64,000 nt of DNA from Alphaproteobacteria bacterium. GTDB taxonomy: Bacteria > Pseudomonadota > Alphaproteobacteria > SP197. Shown one piece after another: positions 30,619 through 43,754 of this stretch. The position numbers and the translations under genes were made by a program. The notes below the pieces were generated by a model. It ran no database searches. It had not been told where the DNA came from and was given only the letters and a program-made list of their open reading frames with translations. Numbering within the stretch: position 1 is the stretch's first letter; every line of letters starts with the position of its first letter. Location of the stretch: contig OZ245842.1 of NCBI GenBank assembly GCA_965228895.1, positions 96,001 to 160,000 of the forward strand, in the 5' to 3' direction.

Positions 30619-30910
30619 CATCAACTCCTAAGACGAGCCCAACATATGGGGTTTGCGTGGCGACAACCAAGTCGAGCCGATCGAGGGAGGGTACGCGATT
30701 GCGGCGCGTTCGCAGAAATTTCAAAGGGGTCAATGTTGAACGTCACGGTCTTGTGATTCCCGGGGTCGCTGTGTATGGTCCGCCGCGGCAGGCTACCCGT
30801 ACGAAAAGTGCGGCGTTCGGCAGGTATTGGCGACGCGCCGCAGCCATGAAATTGGGTTGTTTCCGGGGGATCTTCGAGGTCCCGCCGGTACCGAGAAAAG
30901 GAGAGCGGTC

Positions 30911-33404
<2,494 letters not shown>

Positions 33405-33422
33405 GGGCAGGGGACGAAGACG

Positions 33423-34337
33423 TTGCCGAGCGATCGTACGATCAACATGGAAAGCGCCGCCGCGTCACCGGCGACGACGCCGGCCGACTTTCTGGCGCTT
33501 CTGAAGCCGCGCGTGATGTCGCTCGTCGTCTTTACCGGTGCAGTCGGTATCGTGGTCGCACCCGGCAACCTGCATCCCGTTCTCGCCTTGGTCGCGATCC
33601 TCTGTATCGCGGTCGGCGCCGGCGCGTCAGGCTGCATCAACATGTGGTACGAGCGCGACGTCGACGCGATCATGCGGCGGACGCGCAACCGGCCGATCCC
33701 GGCCGGGCGCATGGCGCCGCGCACGGCGCTTGAGTTCGGCGTAACGCTGGCGGTCGGTTCGGTCGCGTTCATGGGATTGGCGGTCAACTGGACAGCAGCC
33801 GGTCTGCTGGCGCTGGCGATCGCCTTCTATGTTTTTGTTTACACCGTCTGGCTGAAACGCCGCACGCCGCACAACATCGTCATCGGCGGCGCCGCCGGAG
33901 CCTTCCCGCCGATGATCGGCTGGGCGGCGGTGACGGGTGACGTGTCGATGGCCTCGATCGTGCTGTTCGCGATCATCTTTTTCTGGACGCCGCCGCATTT
34001 CTGGTCGCTCGCGCTCTACCGGACCGGCGATTATGAAAAGGCGGGTATCCCGATGCTGCCGGTGGTTGCTGGCGCGGCGGTAACGCGTCGCCAGATCCTG
34101 CTTTACGCGGTGTTGATGCTTCCCTTGACCCTGTTGCCGTGGGCCATGGGATTTGCCGGTGTCATCTATGGTGTCGGTGCGGCCCTTCTGGGCCTTGTTT
34201 TCATCTGGGGCGCGCTGCGTATCGTGATCGACAAGACCGATCAGGCGGCACGCTGGATGTTCCGTTTCTCGATCCTTTACCTCGCATTGATCTTCGGCCT
34301 CCTGGTCGTCGACAACGCGCTCCACGGGATCGTTTGA
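33423..34337 (+). CDS. ctaB: Protoheme IX farnesyltransferase (heme O synthase)
   Basis: Motifs LKPRVMSLV, RTRNRPIP, LKRRTPHNIVIGG and WTPPHFW. Confidence 0.95.
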   Translation: MPSDRTINMESAAASPATTPADFLALLKPRVMSLVVFTGAVGIVVAPGNLHPVLALVAILCIAVGAGASGCINMWYERDVDAIMRRTRNRPIPAGRMAPRTALEFGVTLAVGSVAFMGLAVNWTAAGLLALAIAFYVFVYTVWLKRRTPHNIVIGGAAGAFPPMIGWAAVTGDVSMASIVLFAIIFFWTPPHFWSLALYRTGDYEKAGIPMLPVVAGAAVTRRQILLYAVLMLPLTLLPWAMGFAGVIYGVGAALLGLVFIWGALRIVIDKTDQAARWMFRFSILYLALIFGLLVVDNALHGIV

Positions 34338-34341
34338 TGCC

Positions 34342-34485
34342 ATGCAGGCCGATGCCATGCAGTTAAGCGATGAACAGAAACGCCAGCGCCGTCGCCGTAA
34401 TGTTGCCTTGGGTTTGGTCCTCGGCGGGTTCATCGTGCTCGTCTACATCGTTACCTTGGTCAAGCTGGGCGGCGGAGCGAGCTGA
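34342..34485 (+). CDS. Small single-TM CoxF-like protein (47 aa)
   Basis: Below the ORF-track cutoff. MQADAMQLSDEQKRQRRRRNVALGLVLGGFIVLVYIVTLVKLGGGAS* fills the ctaB-ctaG gap. Confidence 0.75.
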   Translation: MQADAMQLSDEQKRQRRRRNVALGLVLGGFIVLVYIVTLVKLGGGAS

Positions 34486-34487
34486 CG

Positions 34488-35087
34488 ATGCCTGATGCAG
34501 CGCGCCAACGCGGAAAGCGCAGGACGGTTCTGGCGACCCTTGCCGTCATCAGCTGCATGGTTGCGCTGACGGTAGCAGCGGTTCCGCTCTATCGCCTGTT
34601 CTGCCAGGTCACCGGCTTCGGCGGCACGCCGCAGATTGTCGATGCGGCGCCGGAACAGGGCGAAGACCGCTGGGTCACCGTGCGTTTCGATGCCAACACG
34701 GCACGCGGCATGCCCTGGTCGTTCCGCCCGCTCGATCGCGAGATCGAGGTTCGGGTCGGCGAACAGATGCTGATGTTTTATGAAGCCAGCAATCCGACGG
34801 ATCGGGCGATCACGGGTACCGCCACATTCAACGTGACGCCGGACAAGGCCGGTCTCTACTTCGCCAAGATCGACTGCTTCTGCTTTACCGAACAGACCTT
34901 GGCGCCGGGCGAAAGTGTCGAGATGCCGGTGTCGTTCTTCGTCGATCCCGAAATGTTCGACGACCCCATCACCGATGACGTGCACACGATTACGCTGTCC
35001 TATACGTTCTTCGAACAGGACAGCGATGAGGAACAGAACAGTGCCGCGCTCGTCCTGGACGAGACCGCCGACGCGGCGAGCAATTAG
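34488..35087 (+). CDS. ctaG: Cytochrome c oxidase assembly protein CtaG/Cox11
   Basis: Motifs VPLYRLFCQVTGFGGT and KIDCFCF. Confidence 0.95.
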   Translation: MPDAARQRGKRRTVLATLAVISCMVALTVAAVPLYRLFCQVTGFGGTPQIVDAAPEQGEDRWVTVRFDANTARGMPWSFRPLDREIEVRVGEQMLMFYEASNPTDRAITGTATFNVTPDKAGLYFAKIDCFCFTEQTLAPGESVEMPVSFFVDPEMFDDPITDDVHTITLSYTFFEQDSDEEQNSAALVLDETADAASN

Positions 35088-35102
35088 ACGAAAGGTTGCC
35101 AG

Positions 35103-35918
35103 ATGGCCGAGCAGCATTCCCATAACCATCCTTACCACCTGGTCAACCCCAGCCCGTGGCCGGCGTTCGGCGCGTTTTCCGCGCTCGTGCTGGCTGGCGG
35201 CGCGCTCATGTATTTCAAGGATAACGACAATCTGTGGATGATCTTCCCGGGTCTGATCCTGTCGGTGCTCACCATGTACATGTGGTGGCGCGACGTGATC
35301 CGTGAAGCGATCGTCGACAAGGCCCACACACCGACTGTGCAACTGGGACTGCGCTATGGCATGGCCTTGTTCATTGCGTCGGAGGTCATGTTCTTCGTCG
35401 CGTGGTTCTGGGCCTATTTCAATGCCGCTCTGTTCCCGACCGAATGGATGGGCGGCATCTGGCCGCCTGAAGGCACCAAGACGTTCGATCCATGGGATCT
35501 GCCGTTCATCAACACGCTGATCCTGCTGACATCGGGCACCACGGTGACCTGGGCGCATCACGCCTTGAAGGAAGGCAACCGCGAGGGCCTGATCGCCGGC
35601 CTGTGGTTGACGGTCATTCTGGGCCTCCTCTTCACCAGCTTGCAGGCGGTGGAGTATCTGGTGGCGCCGTTCGGTTTCCGCGATGGCATCTATGGCTCGA
35701 CCTTCTACATGGCGACCGGCTTCCACGGCTTCCACGTCATCGTCGGCACCATCTTCCTGGCCGTGTGCCTGGTGCGCGCCTACAAGAACCAGTTCCTGCC
35801 CAACCAGCATTTCGGTTTCGAGGCGGCGGCCTGGTACTGGCACTTTGTCGATGTCGTCTGGCTGTTCCTGTTCACCGCCATCTACTGGTGGGGCGCGGGC
35901 GAGATCGTGCGTCACTAG
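35103..35918 (+). CDS. coxC: Cytochrome c oxidase subunit III
   Basis: Motifs [30 protein letters not shown] and [10 protein letters not shown]. Confidence 0.96.
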   Translation: MAEQHSHNHPYHLVNPSPWPAFGAFSALVLAGGALMYFKDNDNLWMIFPGLILSVLTMYMWWRDVIREAIVDKAHTPTVQLGLRYGMALFIASEVMFFVAWFWAYFNAALFPTEWMGGIWPPEGTKTFDPWDLPFINTLILLTSGTTVTWAHHALKEGNREGLIAGLWLTVILGLLFTSLQAVEYLVAPFGFRDGIYGSTFYMATGFHGFHVIVGTIFLAVCLVRAYKNQFLPNQHFGFEAAAWYWHFVDVVWLFLFTAIYWWGAGEIVRH

Positions 35919-35937
35919 CGCCGGATCCTCGGATTCG

Positions 35938-36315
35938 TTGGCCGACACACACCCCACGCTCTCGCCATTCGGCACCGGCATCAGGGGACGTTGTCCGCGT
36001 TGTGGTCGCGGCAAGCTCTTCAACGGCTACCTGCGCGTCGCCGATACGTGTGACGTCTGCGGCCTGACGCTTGCCCATGAAGATGCCGGCGACGGCCCGG
36101 CTGTCTTCATCATCCTGATCTACGGGTTCGTCATGGCGGCGCTGGCGACCTGGGTCGAGCTCAGTTATGAGCCGCCTTTCTGGGTCCATGGCGTCATCTT
36201 CGGGCCGCTCATCATCGTCGGTTCGATCCTGCTGTTGCGCCCATTCAAAGGCGTGATGATCGCGTTGCAGTACAGGCACCGCGTCGCCGGATTCGAGAAC
36301 GAGCCGCCGGGTTGA
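35938..36315 (+). CDS. DUF983 family protein
   Basis: RCPRCGRGKLFNGYL...CDVCG...DAGDGPA followed by two TM helices. TTG start. Confidence 0.85.
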   Translation: MADTHPTLSPFGTGIRGRCPRCGRGKLFNGYLRVADTCDVCGLTLAHEDAGDGPAVFIILIYGFVMAALATWVELSYEPPFWVHGVIFGPLIIVGSILLLRPFKGVMIALQYRHRVAGFENEPPG

Positions 36316-36327
36316 GAGGGCGTCTCT

Positions 36328-37038
36328 ATGCGCCATTCGCCGCTCGTCATCACCCTGTTCGTCCTACCCATGCTGGCGGTCTTGATTGGGCTTGGCGTGT
36401 GGCAGCTAGATCGTCTTTCCTGGAAGCGCGATCTCATTGCAGCCATGGAGCAGCGCATGGGCGAGGCACCGCTGGAACTTTCCGAAATTCTGGCGCTGCC
36501 CGCCGACGAGCGGCCCTGGCGGCCGGTCAGGGTGGTCGGCACGTTTCTGAACGACCGCGAGATGCCGCTGTATCGTCCCGCCGTCGACGGCGGTGCCGTC
36601 GGCTACCACATCATCACGCCCCTGCTGCTGGCCGACGGCCGCGCGGTTCTGGTCAATCGCGGGTGGGTGCCGCTGGAAAAACGACTGGCGGAGTCGAGGA
36701 CCGGGTCGCCGGAAGGCCAGGTCTGGGTCACCGGCATCGTGCGCGACGTTGGCGAACGCACGACCTTTACCAACGACAACAACCCGTCGACCGGTGAATG
36801 GTATTGGTTCGATCCCGACGCCATGGCGGCTGAGGCCGGCGTACCGCTGCTGCCGATTGTCGTGGTCGCCGATCAGGGTAGCGACCCCCAGCAACTGCCG
36901 ATCGGTGGCCAGGTGCGGCTCGAAATACCCAATCATCATCTGCAGTACGCGCTGACCTGGTTTGCGCTGGCGGCGGTTCTGCTGGTCATTTATGGCATTC
37001 TGCTGATGCGCACGCGACGCAGAAAGGACACGCCATGA
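36328..37038 (+). CDS. surf1: SURF1 family heme a insertion factor
   Basis: Motifs LGVWQLDR, VLVNRGWVP and NHHLQYALTWF. Confidence 0.93.
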   Translation: MRHSPLVITLFVLPMLAVLIGLGVWQLDRLSWKRDLIAAMEQRMGEAPLELSEILALPADERPWRPVRVVGTFLNDREMPLYRPAVDGGAVGYHIITPLLLADGRAVLVNRGWVPLEKRLAESRTGSPEGQVWVTGIVRDVGERTTFTNDNNPSTGEWYWFDPDAMAAEAGVPLLPIVVVADQGSDPQQLPIGGQVRLEIPNHHLQYALTWFALAAVLLVIYGILLMRTRRRKDTP

Positions 37039-38519
37039 CGGCGGCCTATGTCGAACTGGAAAAACGTTTTGCGCACCTGGCGACGTTCCGGGAAACCGCC
37101 GGCATCTTGAACTGGGACCGCGAGACGATGATGCCGCCGGGTGGCGCGCCAGGTCGGGCCGACCAGCTCGCCGCGCTCGATGGCTTGTGCCACGGCATGC
37201 TTAGCGACCCGTCGCTCGCTGACCTTCTTGACCGGGCTGAGTCCGACGATGGCGCGCTCGACCAGGCCCAGCAGGCCAACCTCAACGCCATGCGGCGATC
37301 CTGGCGCCAGGCTAATGCGGTGCCGGCCGATCTGGTCGAAGCCCATTCACGGGCCTGCTCGGCCTGCCAGGAGGTGTGGCTAAGGGCCCGTCCGGCGGCT
37401 GATTTCGCCGCCTTCCTGCCGGCGCTCACGGAGGTCTTGAATTTGACGCGCCAAGGTGCGGTCGCCAAGGCCGAGGCGCTTGGAACGTCGCCCTATGATG
37501 CCTTGCTCGACGAGTACGATCCCGGCCTGACCGAAGCGCGTATCGATCCCCTGTTCGACCGGCTGGCCGATGTGTTGCCCGGCTATCTCGAGGGCGCCCG
37601 ATCGCGCCAGCAGGAGCCGGAACCGTTGACCGGTCCGTTCCCGGTGGCCGATCAGGAAGCGCTTGGTTTGAAGCTGATGGCCGCGGCGGGGTTCGACTTC
37701 AATCGCGGCCGCCTCGACGTCAGCGCTCACCCGTTCACAGGCGGTGCGACCGGCGATGTGCGCATCACCACGCGCTACGACGAGGACGACTTTGCCTCCG
37801 GCATGATGGCGGTGATGCATGAGACCGGCCATGCGCTCTATGAGCAGGGCCTGCCCGAGGCCTGGACCGGGCAGCCGGCCGGGCGTGACGCCAGCATGTC
37901 GATCCATGAGAGCCAGTCGCTTCTGATCGAAATGCAGGTCAGTCGAAGCCGGCCGTTCCTGGAGTTCGCGGCACCGCTGATCAGCGAGGTTTTCGGCGGC
38001 AATGGACCCGCCTGGCAGGTCGACAATCTGGTCCGCCTGTCCAACCGCGTGGAACCCGGATTTATCAGGGTCGACGCTGACGAGATCACCTATCCCTTCC
38101 ATATCATCCTGCGTTACCGGTTGGAGCGTGCGCTGCTGGCCGGAGATCTGGATCCGGCCGACCTGCCGGGGGCATGGGGTGACGGCATGAAGGCGCTGAT
38201 CGGTATCCGTCCGCCCGATGACCGGCTGGGCTGTCTGCAGGACATTCACTGGGCTGTTGGGCTTGTCGGCTACTTCCCGACCTATACGCTTGGTGCGTTG
38301 GCGGCGGCCCAGCTCTACCGCGCGGCGCTTGATGCCCACCCGGATATTCCCGACTGTCTGCGCGCCGGCGATTTCAGCGTCTTGCTGTCGTGGTTGCGCC
38401 AGAATGTGCACCAATGGGGCGCGATGTTGACCAGTGACGCGATCATTGAGAAAGCGTCCGGTGCGCCCCTCAGCACGGCGGCGTTTGAGGCCCACCTTGG
38501 CGAACGCTATGGCGGATAA
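37035..38519 (+). CDS. Carboxypeptidase, M32 (Taq) family
   Basis: Motifs HPF, DVRITTR, HETGH, HESQS, IRVDADE and GCLQDIHW. Confidence 0.93.
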   Translation: MTAAYVELEKRFAHLATFRETAGILNWDRETMMPPGGAPGRADQLAALDGLCHGMLSDPSLADLLDRAESDDGALDQAQQANLNAMRRSWRQANAVPADLVEAHSRACSACQEVWLRARPAADFAAFLPALTEVLNLTRQGAVAKAEALGTSPYDALLDEYDPGLTEARIDPLFDRLADVLPGYLEGARSRQQEPEPLTGPFPVADQEALGLKLMAAAGFDFNRGRLDVSAHPFTGGATGDVRITTRYDEDDFASGMMAVMHETGHALYEQGLPEAWTGQPAGRDASMSIHESQSLLIEMQVSRSRPFLEFAAPLISEVFGGNGPAWQVDNLVRLSNRVEPGFIRVDADEITYPFHIILRYRLERALLAGDLDPADLPGAWGDGMKALIGIRPPDDRLGCLQDIHWAVGLVGYFPTYTLGALAAAQLYRAALDAHPDIPDCLRAGDFSVLLSWLRQNVHQWGAMLTSDAIIEKASGAPLSTAAFEAHLGERYGG

Positions 38520-38522
38520 GAC

Positions 38523-39926
38523 ATGCAGTATGTGAGTACGCGCGGCCGCGCGCCGGCTCTGAACTTCGAGGACGCCATGCTGACGGGTCTGGCCCCCGAC
38601 GGCGGGCTCTATCTGCCTGAAGCCTGGCCGCAGTTCTCGGCTGATGATATCCAGGCGATGGCCGGTTTCAGCTATGCCGAGATTGCCGCGCGGGTCATGG
38701 CGCCGTTTGTCGACGGCTGGATCGAACCGGACGCCCTGCACGACCTGACGCGCGAAACCTATGCGGTGTTCGATCACGCCGCCGTCGTGCCGATGACCCA
38801 ACTCGGCGACAACGACTGGCTCCTGGAGCTTTTCCATGGGCCGACGTTTGCCTTCAAGGATATCGCCCTTCAACTGCTCGGCCGGTTGTTCGACCGAGCG
38901 CTCGCGCGCCGTGACACCCGCGTGACGATCGTCGGCGCGACGTCCGGCGACACAGGCTCGGCTGCGATTGCCGGCTGCGCCGGGCGCGATCGGATCGAGA
39001 CCTTTATCCTGTTCCCGAACGGGCGTGTCAGCGACGTGCAGCGCCGCCAAATGACGACGGTCCAGGCGGACAACGTCCATTGTCTGGCGATCGACGGCAC
39101 GTTCGACGACTGTCAGGCCCTGGTCAAAGCGATGTTTGGTGACGATCAGTTCCGCCGCTCGATCGGCATGGCCGCGGTCAACTCGATCAACTGGGCGCGC
39201 GTCATGGCCCAGATCGTCTATTACTTCGCGTCGGCCGTCCGGCTGGGCGCGCCGGCGCGCGAGGTCGCGTTCAGCGTGCCGTCGGGTAACTTCGGGGCCA
39301 TTTTCGCCGGTTTTGCCGCGCGCAAGATGGGTTTGCCGATCGCCCGGTTGATTGTCGCGACCAACGCCAACGATATCCTGGTCCGATTCGTCGAGTCGGG
39401 CGAATATCGCAAATCGACCGTCGTCGAGACCTACAGCCCCAGCATGGATATCCAGGTCTCAAGCAACTTTGAACGCGCCTTGTTCGAGCTGCACGACCGC
39501 GACGGCGACACGATCGAGCGCCTGATGGCGGATCTGGCCCGCGATGGCGGCTTCGCCGTCAGCGCCGACGTCACCGGTGCGACACGGCAGGTCTTTGATG
39601 CCTGCCGCCTGGATGACGAGGGGATTTTGCAGGAAATCCGCCGGATTCACGGCGAATCCGGCACCATCGTCGATCCCCACACGGCCTGCGGCACGGCGGC
39701 GGCTAGGGCTACCGGCGTTCCCGCCGACGTGCCGGTCATCGTTCATGGCCAGGCCCATCCGGCCAAATTTCCTGACGCGGTTGCAGCCGCGATCGGTCAC
39801 GCACCCCCGGCGCCGGCCCGTTTGGCCGAGGTCATGGATGGGCCGGAACGAGTCGAACACTTGCCAAACGACTTGGCCGCCGTGCAAGCTTTCATCAAGA
39901 AAGCAAAAACGTCTGGTGGGCCATGA
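38523..39926 (+). CDS. thrC: Threonine synthase
   Basis: Motifs YVSTRG, GLAPDGGL, ELFHGPTFAFKD, ATSGDTG and NSINWAR. Confidence 0.95.
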   Translation: MQYVSTRGRAPALNFEDAMLTGLAPDGGLYLPEAWPQFSADDIQAMAGFSYAEIAARVMAPFVDGWIEPDALHDLTRETYAVFDHAAVVPMTQLGDNDWLLELFHGPTFAFKDIALQLLGRLFDRALARRDTRVTIVGATSGDTGSAAIAGCAGRDRIETFILFPNGRVSDVQRRQMTTVQADNVHCLAIDGTFDDCQALVKAMFGDDQFRRSIGMAAVNSINWARVMAQIVYYFASAVRLGAPAREVAFSVPSGNFGAIFAGFAARKMGLPIARLIVATNANDILVRFVESGEYRKSTVVETYSPSMDIQVSSNFERALFELHDRDGDTIERLMADLARDGGFAVSADVTGATRQVFDACRLDDEGILQEIRRIHGESGTIVDPHTACGTAAARATGVPADVPVIVHGQAHPAKFPDAVAAAIGHAPPAPARLAEVMDGPERVEHLPNDLAAVQAFIKKAKTSGGP

Positions 39927-41182
39927 GTGTTGATGTATCCACGCTTGCCAATGGCATGCGTGTCGTCACCGACCGTATTGAGGGCGTCGAAAGCGCGGCG
40001 GTCGGGGTGTGGGTTGACGTCGGGGCGCGCGACGAACCGTCTGAGCTGAACGGCATCTCCCATCTGCTGGAGCACATGGCGTTCAAGGGGACGGAACGCC
40101 GCGACGCCCAGTCGATCGCCCAGGAAATCGAGGATGTCGGCGGTCATGTGAATGCCTATACGTCGCGCGAACATACGGCCTATTACGCGCGTATCCTGAA
40201 AGACGACGTGCCGCTGGCGGTCGATATCCTGGCCGACATTCTGCAAAACTCGACGTTCTGCGACGACGAACTCGAACGCGAGCGCTGGGTCGTCATGCAG
40301 GAGATCGCCCAGGTTTACGATACGCCCGACGATTTGGTGTTCGACTTGTTCCAGGAATGCGCGTTTCCCGACCAGCCGATGGGCCGCTCCATCTTGGGCA
40401 CGCCGGAAAAGGTCGACGGTTTCAGCCGCGACGCGCTGAGCGACTTCATGGGCCAGTTCTATAGCGGCGACAGCATGGTGCTGGCGGCGTCCGGTGCCGT
40501 TGATCACAGTCAACTCGTCGGCCTCGCCGAGGAGCATTTTGCCGGCCTGCGCCACGCCAACATGCATTCAGCCGAACCGGTCGCCTATGGCGGCGGCGCC
40601 AAAGAGCAGGCAGACGACGTCGAACAGGTTCACATGGTCGTTGGCTTCGATGGCGTCGGTTACGAGGATCCCGACTATTATGCGGTCCAGCTTTTGTCGA
40701 ACGCGCTGGGCGGTGGCATGTCGTCGCGGCTGTTCCAGGAAATCCGCGAGAAGCGTGGTCTTGCCTATTCGATCTATTCCTTCGGTTCGTCGTTCATTGA
40801 CGGCGGCTTGTTCGGCGTCTACGCCGGTTGTGCCGATGAGGATTCCAACGAGGTCGGCGAGGTGATCGCCCACGAGCTGAAGCGCGCGACCGACGGCATC
40901 AGCGATTCCGAGCTGGAACGTGCGCGGACCCAATTGAAGGCGGGTCTCCTGATGTCGCGCGAAAGCACGTCGTCGCGCTGCGAAACCGTCGCGCGCCAGA
41001 TGCTGGTCTTCGGACGGCCCGTGCCGCAAGACGAGATCGTCGCCAAACTGGACGCGGTCGATGGCGACCAGATCACATCGAGCGCCGAACGTCTTTTCCA
41101 TACCTGTCAGCCGACCGTCGCCAGTATTGGCCCGGCCGGCTACCAACAACACTACGAAAGGATCGCCGGGCATTTCGCCTGA
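39923..41182 (+). CDS. M16B zinc peptidase (pitrilysin/MPP-like)
   Basis: Inverted zinc motif HLLEH, NAYTSRE and GGGMSSRLFQEIREKRGLAY. Confidence 0.93.
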   Translation: MSVDVSTLANGMRVVTDRIEGVESAAVGVWVDVGARDEPSELNGISHLLEHMAFKGTERRDAQSIAQEIEDVGGHVNAYTSREHTAYYARILKDDVPLAVDILADILQNSTFCDDELERERWVVMQEIAQVYDTPDDLVFDLFQECAFPDQPMGRSILGTPEKVDGFSRDALSDFMGQFYSGDSMVLAASGAVDHSQLVGLAEEHFAGLRHANMHSAEPVAYGGGAKEQADDVEQVHMVVGFDGVGYEDPDYYAVQLLSNALGGGMSSRLFQEIREKRGLAYSIYSFGSSFIDGGLFGVYAGCADEDSNEVGEVIAHELKRATDGISDSELERARTQLKAGLLMSRESTSSRCETVARQMLVFGRPVPQDEIVAKLDAVDGDQITSSAERLFHTCQPTVASIGPAGYQQHYERIAGHFA

Positions 41183-41186
41183 CGCG

Positions 41187-41831
41187 GTGAGGGTGCTGAA
41201 CCTCCTGAAACGCACGCCCAGCGACCAACCGGGACCGGTGTTGACCGGGGACCGGGTTCTGTTGCGCCCGGCGCGCATGGAGGACTGGTCGTCATGGGCC
41301 GAGGTGCGGCGTGTGTCGCGTGCCTTTCTCGAACCGTGGGAGCCGACCTGGGCGTCCGACAGTCTGACCCAGCAGGCGTTCCGTCGGCGCGTGCGTATCC
41401 TGCAGCGCGAACGTCTGGCCGGCACGTCGTCCGGCCTTCTCATGTTCGACCGTGAAGGCGGCCAGGTCATTGGCGGCCTGACCATCGCCGATATCCGGCG
41501 CGGCGTCGCCATGACGTGTTCGATCGGCTATTGGGTCGGTGAACCCTATGCACGGCAGGGATACATGAGCGAAGGTGTTGCCGTTGTCATGACGCATATC
41601 TTCGAGACCTTGCGTCTGCATAGGGTCGAGGCGGCGTGCCTGCCCGACAACGAAGCAAGCCAACGTCTGCTGCGTCGCCTGGGATTCCATGAGGAGGGCC
41701 TTGCGCGCGGTTACCTGAAGATCGATGGGCGTTGGCAGGACCACCGCCTGTTCGCACTGTTGGAATCGGACTGGCGTCAACAGCGTCTTCGGCATCAGCA
41801 GCATCAAGCCGCCGCACTTGCCGGCGACTGA
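41187..41831 (+). CDS. rimJ: RimJ-like GNAT N-acetyltransferase
   Basis: SRAFLEPWEP, IRRGVAMTCSIGYW, LHRVEAAC and YLKIDGRWQDH. GTG start at 41187 or 41193. Confidence 0.8.
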   Translation: MRVLNLLKRTPSDQPGPVLTGDRVLLRPARMEDWSSWAEVRRVSRAFLEPWEPTWASDSLTQQAFRRRVRILQRERLAGTSSGLLMFDREGGQVIGGLTIADIRRGVAMTCSIGYWVGEPYARQGYMSEGVAVVMTHIFETLRLHRVEAACLPDNEASQRLLRRLGFHEEGLARGYLKIDGRWQDHRLFALLESDWRQQRLRHQQHQAAALAGD

Positions 41832-41852
41832 ATGGTAGACGACAAGTGCCGA

Positions 41853-42302
41853 CTAAGATCGGCCGGTTCCGATCATGAACGTGGCATCGATTGTCATCAC
41901 GACGACAGCGTCTTGATTGGTCATCGAACCGCGCCATGTGACGATGCCGCGATCGGGTTTGCTGCTGGAGACGCGTGTCTTCATGATCTCGATGGACGCG
42001 GTCAGCCGGTCGCCCGGACGAACAGGCGCGAGCCATCTGAGGTCATCAAGCCCGCCTGAGCCCAGACTCAATGACTCGTTAAGCAGGTTGCTGGCGAGCA
42101 ATCGCATGAAGAGACAGGCGGTCTGCCAACCGCTCGCGATCAAACCGCCATAGATGGAGATATCGGCCGTCACCGGGTCGGTATGGAATGGCTGGGGATC
42201 GTAGTCTCTTGCAAACGCGATGATGTCGTCCTGGCTGATGTCGATCGTGCCGAGATCGAAAACATCGCCGGCGACAAAGTCGTCAAAGCGACGGGGATTC
42301 AC
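41853..42302 (-). CDS. MaoC-family dehydratase
   Basis: FARDYDPQPFHTD, GLIASGWQT and LRWLAPVRPGD. Confidence 0.88.
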   Translation of the reverse strand: MNPRRFDDFVAGDVFDLGTIDISQDDIIAFARDYDPQPFHTDPVTADISIYGGLIASGWQTACLFMRLLASNLLNESLSLGSGGLDDLRWLAPVRPGDRLTASIEIMKTRVSSSKPDRGIVTWRGSMTNQDAVVVMTIDATFMIGTGRS

Positions 42303-42309
42303 GGAACAG

Positions 42310-42888
42310 TCAGTTGGGTTTGCCGGAAACACCCGGGTCGGACGTCAGCATGCCGGGGTCGATGCCGATCTTGCCCAGCGCCTTGTTCCACTTCGCACTC
42401 AGGTTCTGGCCAAAGATCAAGTCCTCGTCGGCTTCGCAGGTCAACCAGCCGTTGCCTTGGATTTCGGCATCAAGCTGGCCCGGCGCCCAACCCGCATAAC
42501 CCAAGGCCAGCAGGCTGCGGCGCGGACCCGCGCCCTGCGACATCGCGCGCAACACATCGACGGTCGCGGTCAACGACACGCCTTCGGCAATCGGCAAGGT
42601 GCCGTCGTTGGAATAGTCGTCAGAATGAAGAACAAATCCACGGCCGGTTTCGACCGGGCCGCCGAAGTGCAACCGGATAGCATCGGCCGCCGGGCCTTGA
42701 TCGATGCCGAGCTGGGTCAGCAGATCGCAAAAACTCAAGTCGTCCAGGGGTTTGTTAACCACCAAACCCATCGCGCCGTCTTCGTTATGGGCGCACATGT
42801 AAACGAGTGTGCGTGCAAATCGCTCGTCGCCCATTGTCGGCATGGCGATCAAACAGTGGCCTTCCAGGTAGTCGGTGTTGCCGGTCAT
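42310..42888 (-). CDS. YqgE/AlgH (UPF0301) family protein
   Basis: LIAMP...[10 protein letters not shown]...GGPV...GFVLH...[11 protein letters not shown]. Confidence 0.92.
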   Translation of the reverse strand: MTGNTDYLEGHCLIAMPTMGDERFARTLVYMCAHNEDGAMGLVVNKPLDDLSFCDLLTQLGIDQGPAADAIRLHFGGPVETGRGFVLHSDDYSNDGTLPIAEGVSLTATVDVLRAMSQGAGPRRSLLALGYAGWAPGQLDAEIQGNGWLTCEADEDLIFGQNLSAKWNKALGKIGIDPGMLTSDPGVSGKPN

Positions 42889-42977
42889 GGCCTTTCAACA
42901 TTGCGCGCCTGGAACAATTGTACATCCAGATGGAATGTCCGCCACACAGAAATCGGTGAGTGCGGTTTGATCGCCGA

Positions 42978-43115
42978 AGGGCGGATCATGGTTAGGTGGA
43001 ACTGCCTGACGGGTCCGTCTAACCATGTGAATCCGCTCTCCATCTATGAATAGAGCAGATTGACCTAGTTTGACGTTATCGCGAAGCGACCCCATCAAAA
43101 CAGGATCTGCTCTAG
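42978..43115 (+). repeat. Two-hairpin CTAG-ended intergenic repeat, copy 2
   Basis: AGGGCGGATCATGGTTAG...CTAACCATGTGAATCCGCTCT, a spacer, then TAGAGCAGATTGACC...GGATCTGCTCTAG (43051-43115). Confidence 0.85.
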
Positions 43116-43198
43116 CGCACTTGTGGGCGGCCGTTGGCGCGTTATATGAACCCCTATCCTCGGTTCGAGGCAGATTTCACGATTCCCAGGGGGAAACC

Positions 43199-43681
43199 AT
43201 GACGATCAAAGTAGGCGACAAGGTGCCGTCGGGCACGATGCACACAATGACAGCCGATGGCCCGCAAGCAGTGACCACCGATGACTTGTTCGGCGGCAAG
43301 AAGGTCGCCCTGTTCTCCGTTCCCGGCGCCTTCACGCCGACCTGCTCGGCACAGCATTTGCCGAGCTTCGTCAACCATGCTGGCGATCTCAAAGCAAAGG
43401 GCGTCGACACCATCGCCTGCATGGCCGTGAACGATGCCTTTGTCATGGGCGCATGGGGCGATGATCAGCATGCCGAAGGCAAGGTGATGATGCTGGCCGA
43501 CGGCAGTGCAGACTACACCAAAGCGCTGGGGCTTGAGGTTGATCTTGCCGGTTACGGCATGGGCCTGCGCGGCAAGCGTTTTTCCATGGTCGTCGACGAC
43601 GGTGTCGTCACCCAGCTCAACATCGATGAAGACGGTTACGGCAGCACCAGCGCAGAGACCATGCTGGAGCAGCTCGGTTAA
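43199..43681 (+). CDS. Peroxiredoxin, Prx5 type
   Basis: PGAFTPTCSAQH, VNDAFVMGAW and MLADG. Start trimmed to ATG 43199. Confidence 0.93.
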   Translation: MTIKVGDKVPSGTMHTMTADGPQAVTTDDLFGGKKVALFSVPGAFTPTCSAQHLPSFVNHAGDLKAKGVDTIACMAVNDAFVMGAWGDDQHAEGKVMMLADGSADYTKALGLEVDLAGYGMGLRGKRFSMVVDDGVVTQLNIDEDGYGSTSAETMLEQLG

Positions 43682-43707
43682 TCCGCCACGGCGCGAGTCT
43701 TCTTGAA

Positions 43708-43742
43708 GGCGGCCTCCGGTCTTGATCGGGGGCCGTTTGCTT
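43708..43742 (+). terminator. Probable terminator hairpin between the convergent prx and rnhA genes
   Basis: GGCGGCCTCCGGT-cttg-ATCGGGGGCCGTT with G:U pairs, followed by TGCTT. Confidence 0.45.
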
Positions 43743-43754
43743 GACGGTGACGTC

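Noticed and set aside
30735-30745. GTTGAACGTCA shared with 51944-51954
   Set aside because: An 11-mer match between two intergenic regions is within chance expectation for this amount of sequence.
30650-30845. RegA/PrrA or FNR boxes in the tldD-coxB intergenic region
   Set aside because: GCGGC/GCGAC half-sites occur but with non-consensus spacing in GC-rich DNA, and there is no TTGAT-N4-ATCAA.
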